Of a DNA stretch of 64,000 bases, positions 29,139 through 41,719 are shown one piece after another. The position numbers and the translations under genes are program-made. The stretch covers positions 5,084,001-5,148,000 of the forward strand of contig OZ024747.1 of the NCBI GenBank assembly GCA_964016885.1, written 5' to 3'. The notes beneath the pieces are model-generated. The model was not told the DNA's origin. It did no database searches and worked only from the letters and a program-made list of their open reading frames with translations. This DNA is from Eledone cirrhosa. Its lineage: Eukaryota. Position 1 is the stretch's first letter, and the number at the start of each line of letters is the position of its first letter.

Positions 29139-29292
29139 CTCAATACATGGCAGAGTATAAATATTTAATATAGAAAGGCTTCTACAGGACTAGAACTGTT
29201 TCATTCGGTGGAAATCGTCAGGTCAGGAAGCCTTGATGATTTCTACCGAATGAAACTGTTCTAGTCCTGTAGAAGCCTTTCTATATTAAATA
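29132..29292. mobile_element. Family A element with an inverted hammerhead pair
   Basis: Arms about 29163-29220 and 29233-29292; cores CTGACGA (minus, with a 5-nt duplication) and TTGATGA (plus); box at 29136-29146. Confidence 0.75.
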
Positions 29293-29394
29293 AAATTCTT
29301 TTTTTTTTTTAAATAAAAGTACAAACGAAGGGCGCAGAGTCAGGGGCCGTTGAGATGGATTTTGGCAGTTTCGACCCCTATCATTACAGGGTAT

Positions 29395-29523
29395 TACAGG
29401 GTGGACCAAAAGTCACATTATATTGGAAAAATAATTACATTTTTAAGTTTCCGTATTTGTTAAATTGTTTCTTATAAAAAGATAATTATTTTTCCTATGT
29501 ATCGCGACTTGTGGTCCACCCTC
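29395..29523. mobile_element. Small Tc1/mariner-like MITE
   Basis: TA-CAGGGTGGACCAAAAGTC ... GACTTGTGGTCCACCCT inverted termini. Confidence 0.6.
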
Positions 29524-29566
29524 TCTATATATAAATAGTCATTTTATCAAAGCTAAATAGTGTATT

Positions 29567-29612
29567 TTGTTACTGTGGAGTTTCGCCTGTTTACCACAGA
29601 CTCATCAGACAA
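29567..29612 (-). ncRNA. Canonical type I hammerhead ribozyme candidate (family E)
   Basis: ttgt-CTGATGA-GTCTGT(ggtaa)ACAGGC-GAAACT(ccac)AGTA-acaa; all core bases and three stems present, G-C pair at 10.1-11.1. Confidence 0.85.
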
Positions 29613-29728
29613 GAACTGTGATTAACAGGCGAAACTCCAGAGTAACCAAACCCCCTATTTAGACTTAATAAAATGAAAATTTAGATTCTACTTTGGTATT
29701 GAGTACTCCTTTTTCTTTCAGCCATTAA

Positions 29729-29815
<87 letters not shown>

Positions 29816-31947
29816 CATATGTATGTACTTAGATATGCATTTTTTGCATATCACATGTTTCTTTGTCAGCATACACATGTACAAATATATATATATATAT
29901 TTGTGTTTGTGTGTATATCTGTATATATAGATGCGTGTGTGTATGTGTGTGCATGTGTGTGTATGTGTACGTATGTGTGTATCTATGTACGTATGTGTGT
30001 ATGTGTATTTGTATAGATATTTTTTTTGTCACCGTGCCAGACTCCTTGCGGTGGAAAAACGAACGAGACTATGAAATGGATTATGTTCAAGAAACAACAA
30101 AACAAATTAAAACCAACCTTCTCAATATTCAGTTCCTGAACATGGATAACTCCACTGTATATATTATCTTACATTTTAATGGTTTTAATCACTGAACTGC
30201 GGCCATGCTGGAGTCGCCCCCATTCATTACGTATATACAAAGTGACTGAGGGATAGACAGACAGATGTGTGTGTATTTACGTACGTATGTATGCATGAAG
30301 GCATATATGTATATATGCATGTATGTATGTATGTGTGTATATTAAAGGACGGAGAAACTCAGAAGAGTCAACGAATACCAAATAGTTTTGTTTTTTGTTT
30401 TTTGTTTTTTTTCCACCTGGGAGAGAAAGGCCCGGCCCCCAGTTGTTGTCACAACACCTTTCTAAGAGAGAGAAATTCTGAAAAAAAAATACCTGCGGCT
30501 TCGGAAGCATCCGATGACGTTGACCAGTTCTCCTTTTCAGGTAGTGTTGTCGGTGTTCAGAGAGTGGGATTGGTCAAGTGCAAGGACTTTCCCCACTTAA
30601 AAAAACCTTCAAAGCACAGGCATTGCTTGTTCAGGTTATTTTACAGGTTCGTGTGGCTGGCCGTCGCCTAAAGGTGCACCATTTTCTGTAATCTGACAAG
30701 CAATTGCAATACTCTTAGCAGAGTTTGCAGCCATCATCTATATCTTTACCTATGTGTATGTGCATGCATTAATTCGTATATCTATGCTTGTCCCTCTGTC
30801 TGCTTATGTGTCCATTCTTTTGTATAATAATACTCTGTCACACGTCATTAGGTTGTTGGTATTCTATTTCTAGATTATATCTAGGCTGTGTTTATGTCTG
30901 TCTGTGCTCTGCTTTCTATTTATTTTAATGTGTCATAATATTTTTGTCACCAATTTCTAGGTTTTGGAGTTGTTGCAATTCAATTCTTACTTTCTATAGA
31001 GTGTAGCTTTACTGACTCTTATAATGGCAATTTCCTTAATCTTTCTGAGACTTTCGTCGGTTTGATGTGTAGATGTGATTTTTATTTTGATGATTTCTAG
31101 CGAGTCACCATGTTCTAGGTTGGCATGGTGATAGAGAACTAACGAGATTTTCATGTTTTTGAATTCCTGCCAGAGCTCCTCCCTCCCTCCGCCTATACCA
31201 CGAACCGTTTCCTCTATATAACATAAGAAAACAATAAATTATTGAGTACTCTACAAACTTAGCAAAACAACACACATATACGACGGACCTGCGTCAGTGT
31301 TAACGGTGCTTATTCCAGTTGTTCTACACTTAATGTAATTCTTCGGAAGATTCAGCCTGACACAACAATAACAACAATAACACAATCACAACAACAATAA
31401 CAACAACAATAACAACAATAAAAACAACAACAACAACAACAACAACAACACAATAACAACAACAATAACAACAACAATAACAACAACATAATAACAACAC
31501 AATAACAACAACAATAACAACAATAATAACAACACTATAACAACAACAATAACAACACAATAACAACAACATAACAACATCAATAACAACAATAACAACA
31601 ACGACAATAACAACAACAACAACAACAACAACACACCACCACAATTACATCAGTCTAATTACCTTCATACATTGTAACTTCTTTATTTGTCTGAAGATGT
31701 CGTCAATGAAACAATTAGAAAAGGAAAGACAACAGTAACAACAACAACATACATCATAACATTAACCCATCCAACCACCACCACCGCCACCACCAGCATC
31801 AGAACTACGACACACCACCAGCCATTTTGTTACAGCCAGCAGCTTTACCATACAGCAACGCCGCCATTTTTCCTACTGCACACACCATCATTACTTACAA
31901 CCCACCACCATCATTTACATATATATATACATACACACATACACACA

Positions 31948-32051
<104 letters not shown>

Positions 32052-32982
32052 ATATATATATGCATATATATGTATCTATGTATGTAAGTAAGTTTGTATT
32101 TATGCATGTACGTATACGTATATGTACGTATGTACATGTATGCACGAATGTATATATGTATGTATATATGTATGTATGTAAGTATATACATATATCTATG
32201 AATGTATATATATATGTATGTATGTATGTATATATGTATGTACATATATGTATGTATGAATGTATATATATATGTGTATATGTATATATATGTATGTATG
32301 TAAGTATGTTTGTACATATATGTATATATGTAAGTATATATGTACATATAATATATGTATGTATGTAAGTATGTATGTACATATATATATGTATGTATGT
32401 AAGTATGTATGTACATATATATATGTATGCATGTAAGTATGTTTGTACATATATGTATGTATGTAAGTATGTATGTACATATATATATGTATGTATATAA
32501 GTATGTTTGTACATATATGTATGTAAGTATGTTTGTACATATATGTATATATGTAAGTATATATGTACATATATATATGTATGTAAGTATGTTGTACATA
32601 TAAATATGTATGTATGTAAGTATGTGTGTACATATATATATGTATGTAAGTATGTGTGTACATATATATATGTATGTAAGTATGTTTGTACATATATGTA
32701 TGTAAGTATGTTTGTACATATATGTATATATGTAAGTATATATGTACATATATATATGCATGTATGTAAGTATGTGTGTACATATATATATGTATGTATG
32801 TAAGTATGTGTGTACATATATATATGTATGTAAGTATGTTTGTACATATGTGTGTATATATTCGACATACACTGTGCAATATTTACATACCAGTTTTCGC
32901 CCAAAGGCGAAACCATCTTTAATTACAGCAGCATTAATGGAATACTGATGATGCACAAATAATAGAAGATTCCACCTTTCAA

Positions 32983-32984
<2 letters not shown>

Positions 32985-33016
<32 letters not shown>

Positions 33017-33486
33017 GTCAACATCATCGTCTTCAACATCAACATCATCATCATCATTATCATCATCATCATCATCATCATCGTCAACATCATCGTCTTC
33101 AACATCAACATCATCATCATCATTATCATCATCATCATCATCATCATCGTCAACATCATCGTCTTCAACATCAACATCATCATCATCATTATCATCATCA
33201 TCATCATCATCATCGTCAACATCATCGTCTTCAACATCAACATCATCTTCATCATTATCATTATCATCATCATCATCATCATCATCGTCAACATCATCGT
33301 CTTCAACATCAACATCATCATCATCATCGTCAACATCATCGTCTTCAACATCAACATCATCTTCATCATTATCATTATCATCATCATCATCATCATCATC
33401 GTCAACATCATCGTCTTCAACATCAACATCATCATCATCATTATCATCATCAACATCATCAACATCATCAACATCATCATCATCTT
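32985..33486. repeat. (CAT)n-derived higher-order repeat (about 66-bp units)
   Basis: CGTCAACATCATCGTCTTCAACATCAAC recurs. Confidence 0.9.
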
Positions 33487-33895
33487 CCTTCGGCGTTTCA
33501 GGACATTTTAGTACCTGGCTGAGCCCAATCCTCTTCAGGTCTGAATACAACAGATTTCTTCCAAAGAATGAGAGAGAGGGGGAGGGGGGGAGACAGACAG
33601 GCAGACAGAATGGCAGTGAGAAAGAGATATAGAGGAAGAATCGACCCCGGTAGTACACTGGTACTTTTTGTGTCGACATTGAATAGATGAAAGGAAAAGA
33701 TGACCTCGGCGGGATTTGAACTCAGAAAGTAAAGAGCTGAAACAAATGCCACAAAGAATTCTATACGAAGTTCTAACGACTCTGACAATATGGCGCCTAA
33801 TTCCTGCTACAGGGGGACCACAAAGACACTTCTTGATTTCAAATACTTTGTCACGCTGAAACACTGGTTTATACCTTTATAATTCGTAGAATAAT

Positions 33896-34087
33896 TGTTT
33901 CTACTTTAGGCACAAGGCCAGCACAAGGCCAGCAATTACCCAGTACATTACTGGTACTTTATTTTATCGACCCCGTAAGGATGAAAGGCAAAGTTAACCT
34001 CGGCGGGATTTGAACTCAGACTGTAAAGGGACGTAACTATGCTAGAAAGCATGGCGTCCAACCCTCTACCGATACTGCCAATTCACC
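33896..34087 (-). mobile_element. Nin/Deu-like SINE with 13-bp TSD
   Basis: TSD TTCGTAGAATAAT at 33883-33895 and 34088-34100. Confidence 0.9.
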
Positions 34088-34189
34088 TTCGTAGAATAAT
34101 GGGAAGAACTCAGCGCAAGGAAGCTGATAAAACAGCAAAAGGTTTAACATCTGACTGATAAAATGACAAGTCAGTCAATCATATACTAT

Positions 34190-34347
34190 CAAGTATTTAT
34201 AATATCAAAACTTAATCGAATATTCTTACAATATCGGTGGCTACAGTTGCATAAACTAACAAAATAAGAATGAAACTTTGTTAGTTTATGCAACTGCAGT
34301 CACCAATATAGTAAGAATATTTAAGTTTTGATATTATAGTTATTTGA
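34190..34347. repeat. Imperfect inverted repeat, about 70-bp arms with a 13-bp spacer
   Basis: ..CAGTTGCATAAACTAACAAA / TTTGTTAGTTTATGCAACTG.. Confidence 0.9.
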
Positions 34348-34936
34348 AATGAAGGAGTGTTTTTGTGGTCACCCTGTATAACAAAGCCATAAACAGAGGA
34401 TTTACCACAGCATGTAACTGGTATTCAGAAATACTTAAATATCTGTGTGGAACCACAACACACAATGAGAGCATTGAATATTTTAAGTCTTTAATGCCTC
34501 GCCGAGATTAGCTTTGCCTTTCATCTTTACGGGGTCGATAAAATAAAGTACCAGTAATGCACTGGTGTAATTGATGGCTTTGTGCCAAAAGTAGAAACAA
34601 TTATTTCTGTCTATCTCTCACCATCTCTCGTTTGTTACATCTTCAATTTTTCCTTTCCGAACTCAATCACACATTGCTTGGTCTACACACATGCACAAGC
34701 ACACACACGTACACACATCCATATATATATATATATATATATATATGCGTGTGTGTGTGTGTGTGTGTATGTATTAATATTTTATGTAAAACGCTTGCGC
34801 CAGTGGCTCAATAAATATGGAAATAAATTCAAGTTTCCAGCGATAATATATTGAAATATAAAGATAGTTAAGGCGGCGAAATGACACTGAAAATTAAATA
34901 TAGCCTCTACATATTGACATACATAAATAGGTAAAT

Positions 34937-34973
<37 letters not shown>

Positions 34974-35106
34974 CATATAAAGTACACGCATACACTCAGA
35001 TATGTATATATGTGTGTGTTTCTAAATATATATGCATATATATATATAAATATATACATATATGTGTTTGTGAATGTGTCTGTGTGTGTATATATATATA
35101 TATATT

Positions 35107-35154
<48 letters not shown>

Positions 35155-35189
35155 AATGTGTGTGTGTGTATATATATATATATATACTC

Positions 35190-36800
35190 ACAGCCTTCCA
35201 CACCGTGAAGATATCGTAATAAAACCGGCTGACCAGGGCAGATCCATGGTGGTATATCACGTGGTTATCTCTCACCTATTGCCCTCTCACTACACGCCAC
35301 ACTATCCACCATTTTGTTTTCTTCTCTCTCCATTCTTACCACTACCAACCTTAGTATCCGCAGTCTTCGCCTGACTATCATATATTTCCTCCCCTAAATC
35401 CTCCAGACCCAATAATTTCTGCCTGTAACTGCCCCAGTGAATTAATCTCAACATACCTTGACCCCTATCCTCACCTCCCGAGTCGCCTCTCTCCTTTTCC
35501 ACATCCACGGCACCAAAGGCACCTTCTTCAACTCTTCTCCCTTCCAATCTCCTCTGAACTTGTCTACTCCTTAAGATGCCTCTTTCTTTTTACCCTGGAC
35601 ATAAATTCTCCCTATACTCTCATCCCTCACATCAAAGGCTGCTATGGGGATATAGTTTTAATATTGTTGTTAGTGGTTAGAAATTCTACAACCTTTCAGC
35701 TGTCACACTACCACCCTAACCCATTATCTCCACCCTCTACTGTCTAACTGAAATGTCCTCAATCTAAACAGCTTGTCTTTTCGGGAGGGGGCCCACCATG
35801 TTATGAGGACGAGAATGGGCTCTAACACCGCCAGTCTTTTCGTCAGCTACGTTGCGACTGTGACCCAGAACTTCTAATCGTTCAGTGAGCTCACCTCCGA
35901 GCTATATGTCATTGAGGCTGTCCCCCACTCTCACTTCCACACACAACTTCATACTTTCCTCTCCTGCTTTAGCTCCTTTCAATACCCTCTCCAGTACACA
36001 CCCACCATCTCCGACCCTTCCATCAACTTCCTTCAAATCTCTATTTCTATCCACAATATTTACCACTCCTTCGCTTCGTGCACTTTCCACAAACTTACAG
36101 ATTATCACTCCTACCTCTAGTTCACCTCTTTCCACTCCAGACACCCTAAACGGACCATCCCTTACTCTCAATTCCTCCAGTTCCATCGTGTGTATAGCTG
36201 TGACCAGTCCTTAAACATGACCTGGCATATCTATGGACTTTGGCATTTCCAGCCTCATTAATGCTTATCTAGTTGAACTTACTGCCCCCTTCTTACAACG
36301 TCCCCGCCCTATCTCAGTTGTCTCCCCGTTCGTTTCACCTACCACCTCTCCACTTCTCTGCCTTCTCTAATTCAATCCCACCACCCTCCATTCCTTCTTC
36401 CACCCATACCTGTCCCACCCCTTTAAGTGCAGCCACAAACTTCGTGACCTCTTGGTTCACAGCTCCTGTTACCATAAAGTTCGTCTCGTCCCACTCGGAT
36501 CGTACCCTTCATTCCACCCTTGTTACCACACCTGTCTGTTCACGGAAAAGTTTATTTTTTTCGCGGAAAACCACCTGTTTATTTCGTCAGCCATTTTGGA
36601 TATGCACATCTATACATACAATCATTTCCTTCTCGGTTTTCAAGACACTACACTCTCATTCTCGCACTCCTCAATTATGTTCTAGTCTCTTCGCATCAAT
36701 CCATATATCGTTCAACTCACCCAATCCTTCCCATCCCAGCCCTCCCTCTAGTCCAGTTCTTGTCTCAATGCCTTCCTCCTCCTCCTCCTCTCTTCTAGAC
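35190..36800 (+). pseudogene. Highly degraded Penelope-like element (reverse transcriptase remnants)
   Basis: EDIVIKPADQGRSMVV (PADKG motif), MRTRMGSNTASLFVSYV (MGTRMGP.YANLFV) and KLTDYHSYL*FTSFHSRHPKRTIPYSQFL; begins next to a (TA)n/(TG)n tract. Confidence 0.8.
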
Positions 36801-36824
36801 TCCCTCTCTGTCACAATATGTCGT

Positions 36825-37753
36825 CCACCGCCGAGGTTAACTTTGCCTTTCATCCTTACGGGGGTCGATAAAATAAAGTACCAGTAATACACTGGGTAAT
36901 TGCTGGCCTTGTGCCAAAAGTAGAAACAATTATTTTATTCAGGGGGCGGTGGACTGGCAGTATCGGTAGAGGGCCGGACGCCATGCTTTGCAGCAAAGAG
37001 TTATGGCCCTCTCCATTCTGAGTTCAAATCCCACCGAGGTTAACTTTACCTTTCATCCTTACGGGGGTCGATAAAATAAAGTACCAGTAATACACTGGGT
37101 AATTGCTGGCCTTGTGCCAAAAGTAGAAACAATTATTTTATTCAGAGGGCGGTGGACTGGCAGTATCGGTAGAGGGCCGGACGCCATGCTTTGCAGCAAA
37201 GAGTTATGGCCCTCTCCATTCTGAGTTCAAATCCCACCGAGGTTAACTTTACCTTTCATCCTTACGGGGGTCGATAAAATAAAGTACCAGTAATACACTG
37301 GGTAATTGCTGGCCTTGTGCCAAAAGTAGAAACAATTATTTTATTCAGAGGGCGGTGGACTGGCAGTATCGGTAGAGGGCCGGACGCCATGCTTTGCAGC
37401 AAAGAGTTATGGCCCTCTCCATTCTGAGTTCAAATCCCACCGAGGTTAACTTTACCTTTCATCCTTACGGGGGTCGATAAAATAAAGTACCAGTAATACA
37501 CTGGGTAATTGCTGGCCTTGTGCCAAAAGTAGAAACAATTATTTTATTCAGAGGGCGGTGGACTGGCAGTATCGGTAGAGGGCCGGACGCCATGCTTTGC
37601 AGCAAAGAGTTATGGCCCTCTCCATTCTGAGTTCAAATCCCACCGAGGTTAACTTTACCTTTCATCCTTACGGGGGTCGATAAAATAAAGTACCAGTAAT
37701 ACACTGGGTAATTGCTGGCCTTGTGTCAAAAGTAGAAACAATTATTTTATTCA
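36825..37753 (+). repeat. Head-to-tail tandem array of a complete SINE, 203-bp unit, about 4.5 copies
   Basis: TGCTGGCCTTGTG recurs at 36901, 37104, 37307, 37510 and 37713; each full unit has A box TGGCAGTATCGG and B box GAGTTCAAATCC. Confidence 0.95.
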
Positions 37754-38030
37754 TGCTTTCCTTCTTTGTCATATTCCAGACTTCAAACAACAAACAACTA
37801 ATTAATTCAACATGCAGGAAAACATATCTATGTTAAAAATAAACATGTTTACTCGTGTTCTACAGTCATTTTCGGAGCAGTTTCTCTTCTTTTTTTTAAC
37901 TCTTAGTTAACGACCAGAAAGCGTGTTTTTGGTTCATTACAACTCTACCTCTTTACTCTTTACTTATTTACATATTTCTGTTTCAACACAATCATCTCAC
38001 TTTCTTTCTCGCTCTCTCTCACTCTCACCC

Positions 38031-38032
<2 letters not shown>

Positions 38033-38092
<60 letters not shown>

Positions 38093-38212
38093 ACTCACTC
38101 AATCACGCACACCGACACACACACACATATATATTAGAAACTAGTTATATATATATAACTAGTTTCTAATATATATATATGTGTGTGTGTCGATGTGCGT
38201 GTGTGAGTGAGT

Positions 38213-38310
<98 letters not shown>
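38033..38310. repeat. Palindrome centred on a (TA)n run, with (CT)n/(GA)n outer arms
   Basis: TTAGAAACTAGTTATAT / ATATAACTAGTTTCTAA, plus mirrored CTACTCACTC / GAGTGAGTAG. Confidence 0.9.
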
Positions 38311-38311
<1 letters not shown>

Positions 38312-38382
38312 TAACAAAGCAAACGACACGGTACAATGAAAAAATATATTACTTCAACGGCTTGATATAGTGGAAAAAGAGA

Positions 38383-38416
38383 CTTGACTTTTCGGACACT
38401 AGCCCTTCATCAGAAG
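38383..38416 (-). ncRNA. Minimal PLE-type hammerhead candidate (family D)
   Basis: ctt-CTGATGA-a-GGGC(tagt)GTCC-GAAA-aGTC-aag; a degraded relative lies at about 48370-48430. Confidence 0.6.
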
Positions 38417-38749
38417 ATTAAATAGAATGAGAAGTAAAAGATGAAATAGAATGATATGGAATGAGAAGAGGAAGAGAAAGAAATGTTTTTTTAGAACTAC
38501 CAAGTAATGGCTTGTTCTCTGTCTACCTGTCGCCAGTAGAGTTGTTCTTCAACTACCTTTTCCAAGTTGTTGTCATGGATAAGAGCAGGATGTTATTGAC
38601 GGAATCACGAATGTATGTATTACCTGTATTCTGACAATCTGGTTCTGGTACCATGGAAATGCATGCAGTGCAGCATTTATGGGGGTTGGCGATACGAAGG
38701 TCACTCAGCCTAAAAGGGTCGAAAGGGCTATTCTGTCATGTTAACCTCA

Positions 38750-39050
38750 TGACAACTTCTCCAGTGTTGATTATCTACAAGATAACATACCCAGTATTCG
38801 CTGTAATGTGGTTATAACATGAAGGATATCAAGCCGTAGAAGCCTTGCTAAAGAAAGGTCAAGAAGACCTTTCAGTTGTGTCAATGACATAACAACTTCT
38901 CTAGTGTTGGTGATGTACACGACAACCGTACCAACTACATAATGTGGTTGGTAATAGGAAGAGCTTTAAGCCATAAAAAACCCTGCCAAACAGAGGGTTG
39001 GTAGGACCCTTTAGATATGTGAAAGACATAACAACCTCCCTAGTGCTTGT
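38750..39050. repeat. Diverged tandem repeat of about 140 bp, just over two units
   Basis: ACAACTTCTC..AGTGTTG, TAATGTGGTT and AAGCC recur at about 140-bp spacing. Confidence 0.6.
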
Positions 39051-39241
39051 GTCACGATGAAATGTAACAAGGACCAAGGGGGTGGAAAGGTGGAATGATG
39101 GAGATGGTCAGCTCGAAGCTATAGTAGAAGACACTTGCCCTAGCTGCCGCTAGTGAATCAGAACCCAGAACCATGTAATTTGAAAGCGATCCCTTCAACC
39201 ACAAAGCCATGCCTTCGATATGCGCATACACACAGACATGC

Positions 39242-39313
<72 letters not shown>

Positions 39314-39873
39314 ATGTATATGTGTGTGTGTATATATATATATATACACACACACACTTCCTGTTTTGTCTTTGCCTGGACTGAAATATCGATATATTAT
39401 TCTACTGCTTCTGTTGCTGCGAGTTTCATATGAAATAAAACAACAACATTTAAAATAAATAAAGAAATATGAAAGAATTGTCTTCGAGGTAAATTCCAGA
39501 AAGCATCACGCAGAAATATGCTGCTAGAAAACGAAATTAAATTAAATTGAAATAAATTCGATATGTGTAAACGAATTTAAACAATATTTTAACACCGCTG
39601 TGAAAGAGTTGATAAACTGTAGCCTTAGGTGAAGATGTTGAGGTAAAAGAACCCTAGTCTGCCATAGTATACTAACAACAACCACAAGAACAGTTGTACT
39701 GTTATAATTATGATCCTTGTTGTTGATGTTGTTGTTTCTGCTGTTGTGTCTTTCTTCATCATCATCATTACTATTGTCATCACCATAGTCTTCATTATTT
39801 GTTTTCTCTTTCTCCTCGTTTTCTTCATTATCATTTTACTATATTTTTATTACATGTTCTCTCCCTCTCTCTC

Positions 39874-39996
<123 letters not shown>

Positions 39997-40355
39997 CTTT
40001 CTCTTTCTCTTCGTCCTTCTTTGTACCCCGTAATTGGTACCGAAATTCCCTCCACACACCACCACCACCATCCAGTCTCCCACACATCACCACCACAACC
40101 CCCACCACACACCACCACCACCACCACCACACCACCACACCACCACCACCACCACACACCACCACCACCACCACCACCATCCTATATCTCACCTTAACCA
40201 ACGATTTACCACATTTAAATTTAACTTTCTTAAATCTCCCCTCCCCCATTTATTTCCCTTTGCTTCATCTGATTTCCATCCATCAGAGTTTCCTCATCCT
40301 TTCTCTTCACACATCAACCAATTCATCAGGTACACACACACTCACAGTATACATT

Positions 40356-40394
<39 letters not shown>

Positions 40395-40841
40395 TACATA
40401 TATACATACACACATACATATATACATAATACATATATATATACATATATATATACATATATATATATACATATATATATGTACATATATATATATGATA
40501 AATGTATATATCATATATATATATATCATTTATATATATATATATATATATACACACACATACACACACATATATATATATATATATATAAATTAATAAA
40601 AACAATGAATAAAAACAAAGAAACAGTTCCTTATATTAAAAAATTCATCATTTTACGATCGTTTCTAGGATATATATGTGTGTGTTGGTATGTATATCAT
40701 ATAGATCTATGTAAAAGTTTTACAAACTATCAGAGGGAATATACATACCTACACATATATATGCTGTCTTCAGAAATAATGGTTATATTGAGTTCTTCAT
40801 ACGGATTGGACACTACCGTATATTTTGGTAGATTTATCTAC

Positions 40842-40888
<47 letters not shown>

Positions 40889-41122
40889 TACGTACATCCA
40901 TGCAAGAACACTCTTTAATTTCATACACAAACTTGAACATAAGCACATTACTACACATAGAATATTACATACACATGCATACAAAAACATTATCTTATAT
41001 ACACATACACTAACACATACAAATACGCATACACTCGTGCAGGCATACACGTACATACACAAACATAATTACCCGACCTCAAACTAGCCCCAGTTCTTAC
41101 TATTGTTTTCTCACTAACACCT

Positions 41123-41153
<31 letters not shown>

Positions 41154-41544
41154 AACTACTACAACCACCACCACCACTACCACCACCACTACCACTACTA
41201 CTACTACTACCACCACCACATTATCACCACTCCCACCACCACAGTACCACCATCACTCCCACCACCACTATATTACTCCCCACTTTTATTCTGGTAAACT
41301 AATTGTTATTTAGCCGGAGGTTAAACCTGATCAAGAAAGCTTATGATCAAATATGTAGCAAACATGACCATACCATATTTAATTCATACATATTGAATTT
41401 AGGGCTACATTATCTAATGCCGTAATTCCTAACCTAAGGAAAGATTCTTCCACCATCCCTCTGGGATAGGGGGAAATTCCTGGATTCCTTTAAGAAATGT
41501 ATGCATTCCAGTAAGGAATGTTTCTATGTTGACAAATGTATTAT

Positions 41545-41685
41545 CATTATCGGTAGAGGGTCGGTAGAGTTCAAATCACACCGAGGTTAACTTTGCCTTT
41601 CATCCTTACGGAGTCGATAAAATAAAGTACCAGTAATGCACTGGGTATTTGCTGGCCTTGTGCCTGAAGTAGAAACAATTATTTA
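41545..41685 (+). mobile_element. Nin/Deu-like SINE with an internal deletion
   Basis: Same domain and GTAGAAACAATTATT tail as the other copies. Confidence 0.8.
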
Positions 41686-41719
41686 CACTGTATATACCCG
41701 AAATATTACATTATCTGTG

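Noticed and set aside
30490-30740. Possible exon in moderately GC-rich unique sequence
   Set aside because: Splice-like sites are present, but the minus-strand frames checked stop early and no protein similarity is recognisable
31685-31722. CTGAAGA...GAAAC hammerhead candidate
   Set aside because: Stems I and II are poorly paired; at best a decayed copy
36945-37035. tRNA gene call from A and B boxes
   Set aside because: No cloverleaf; these are SINE heads, as in all other copies
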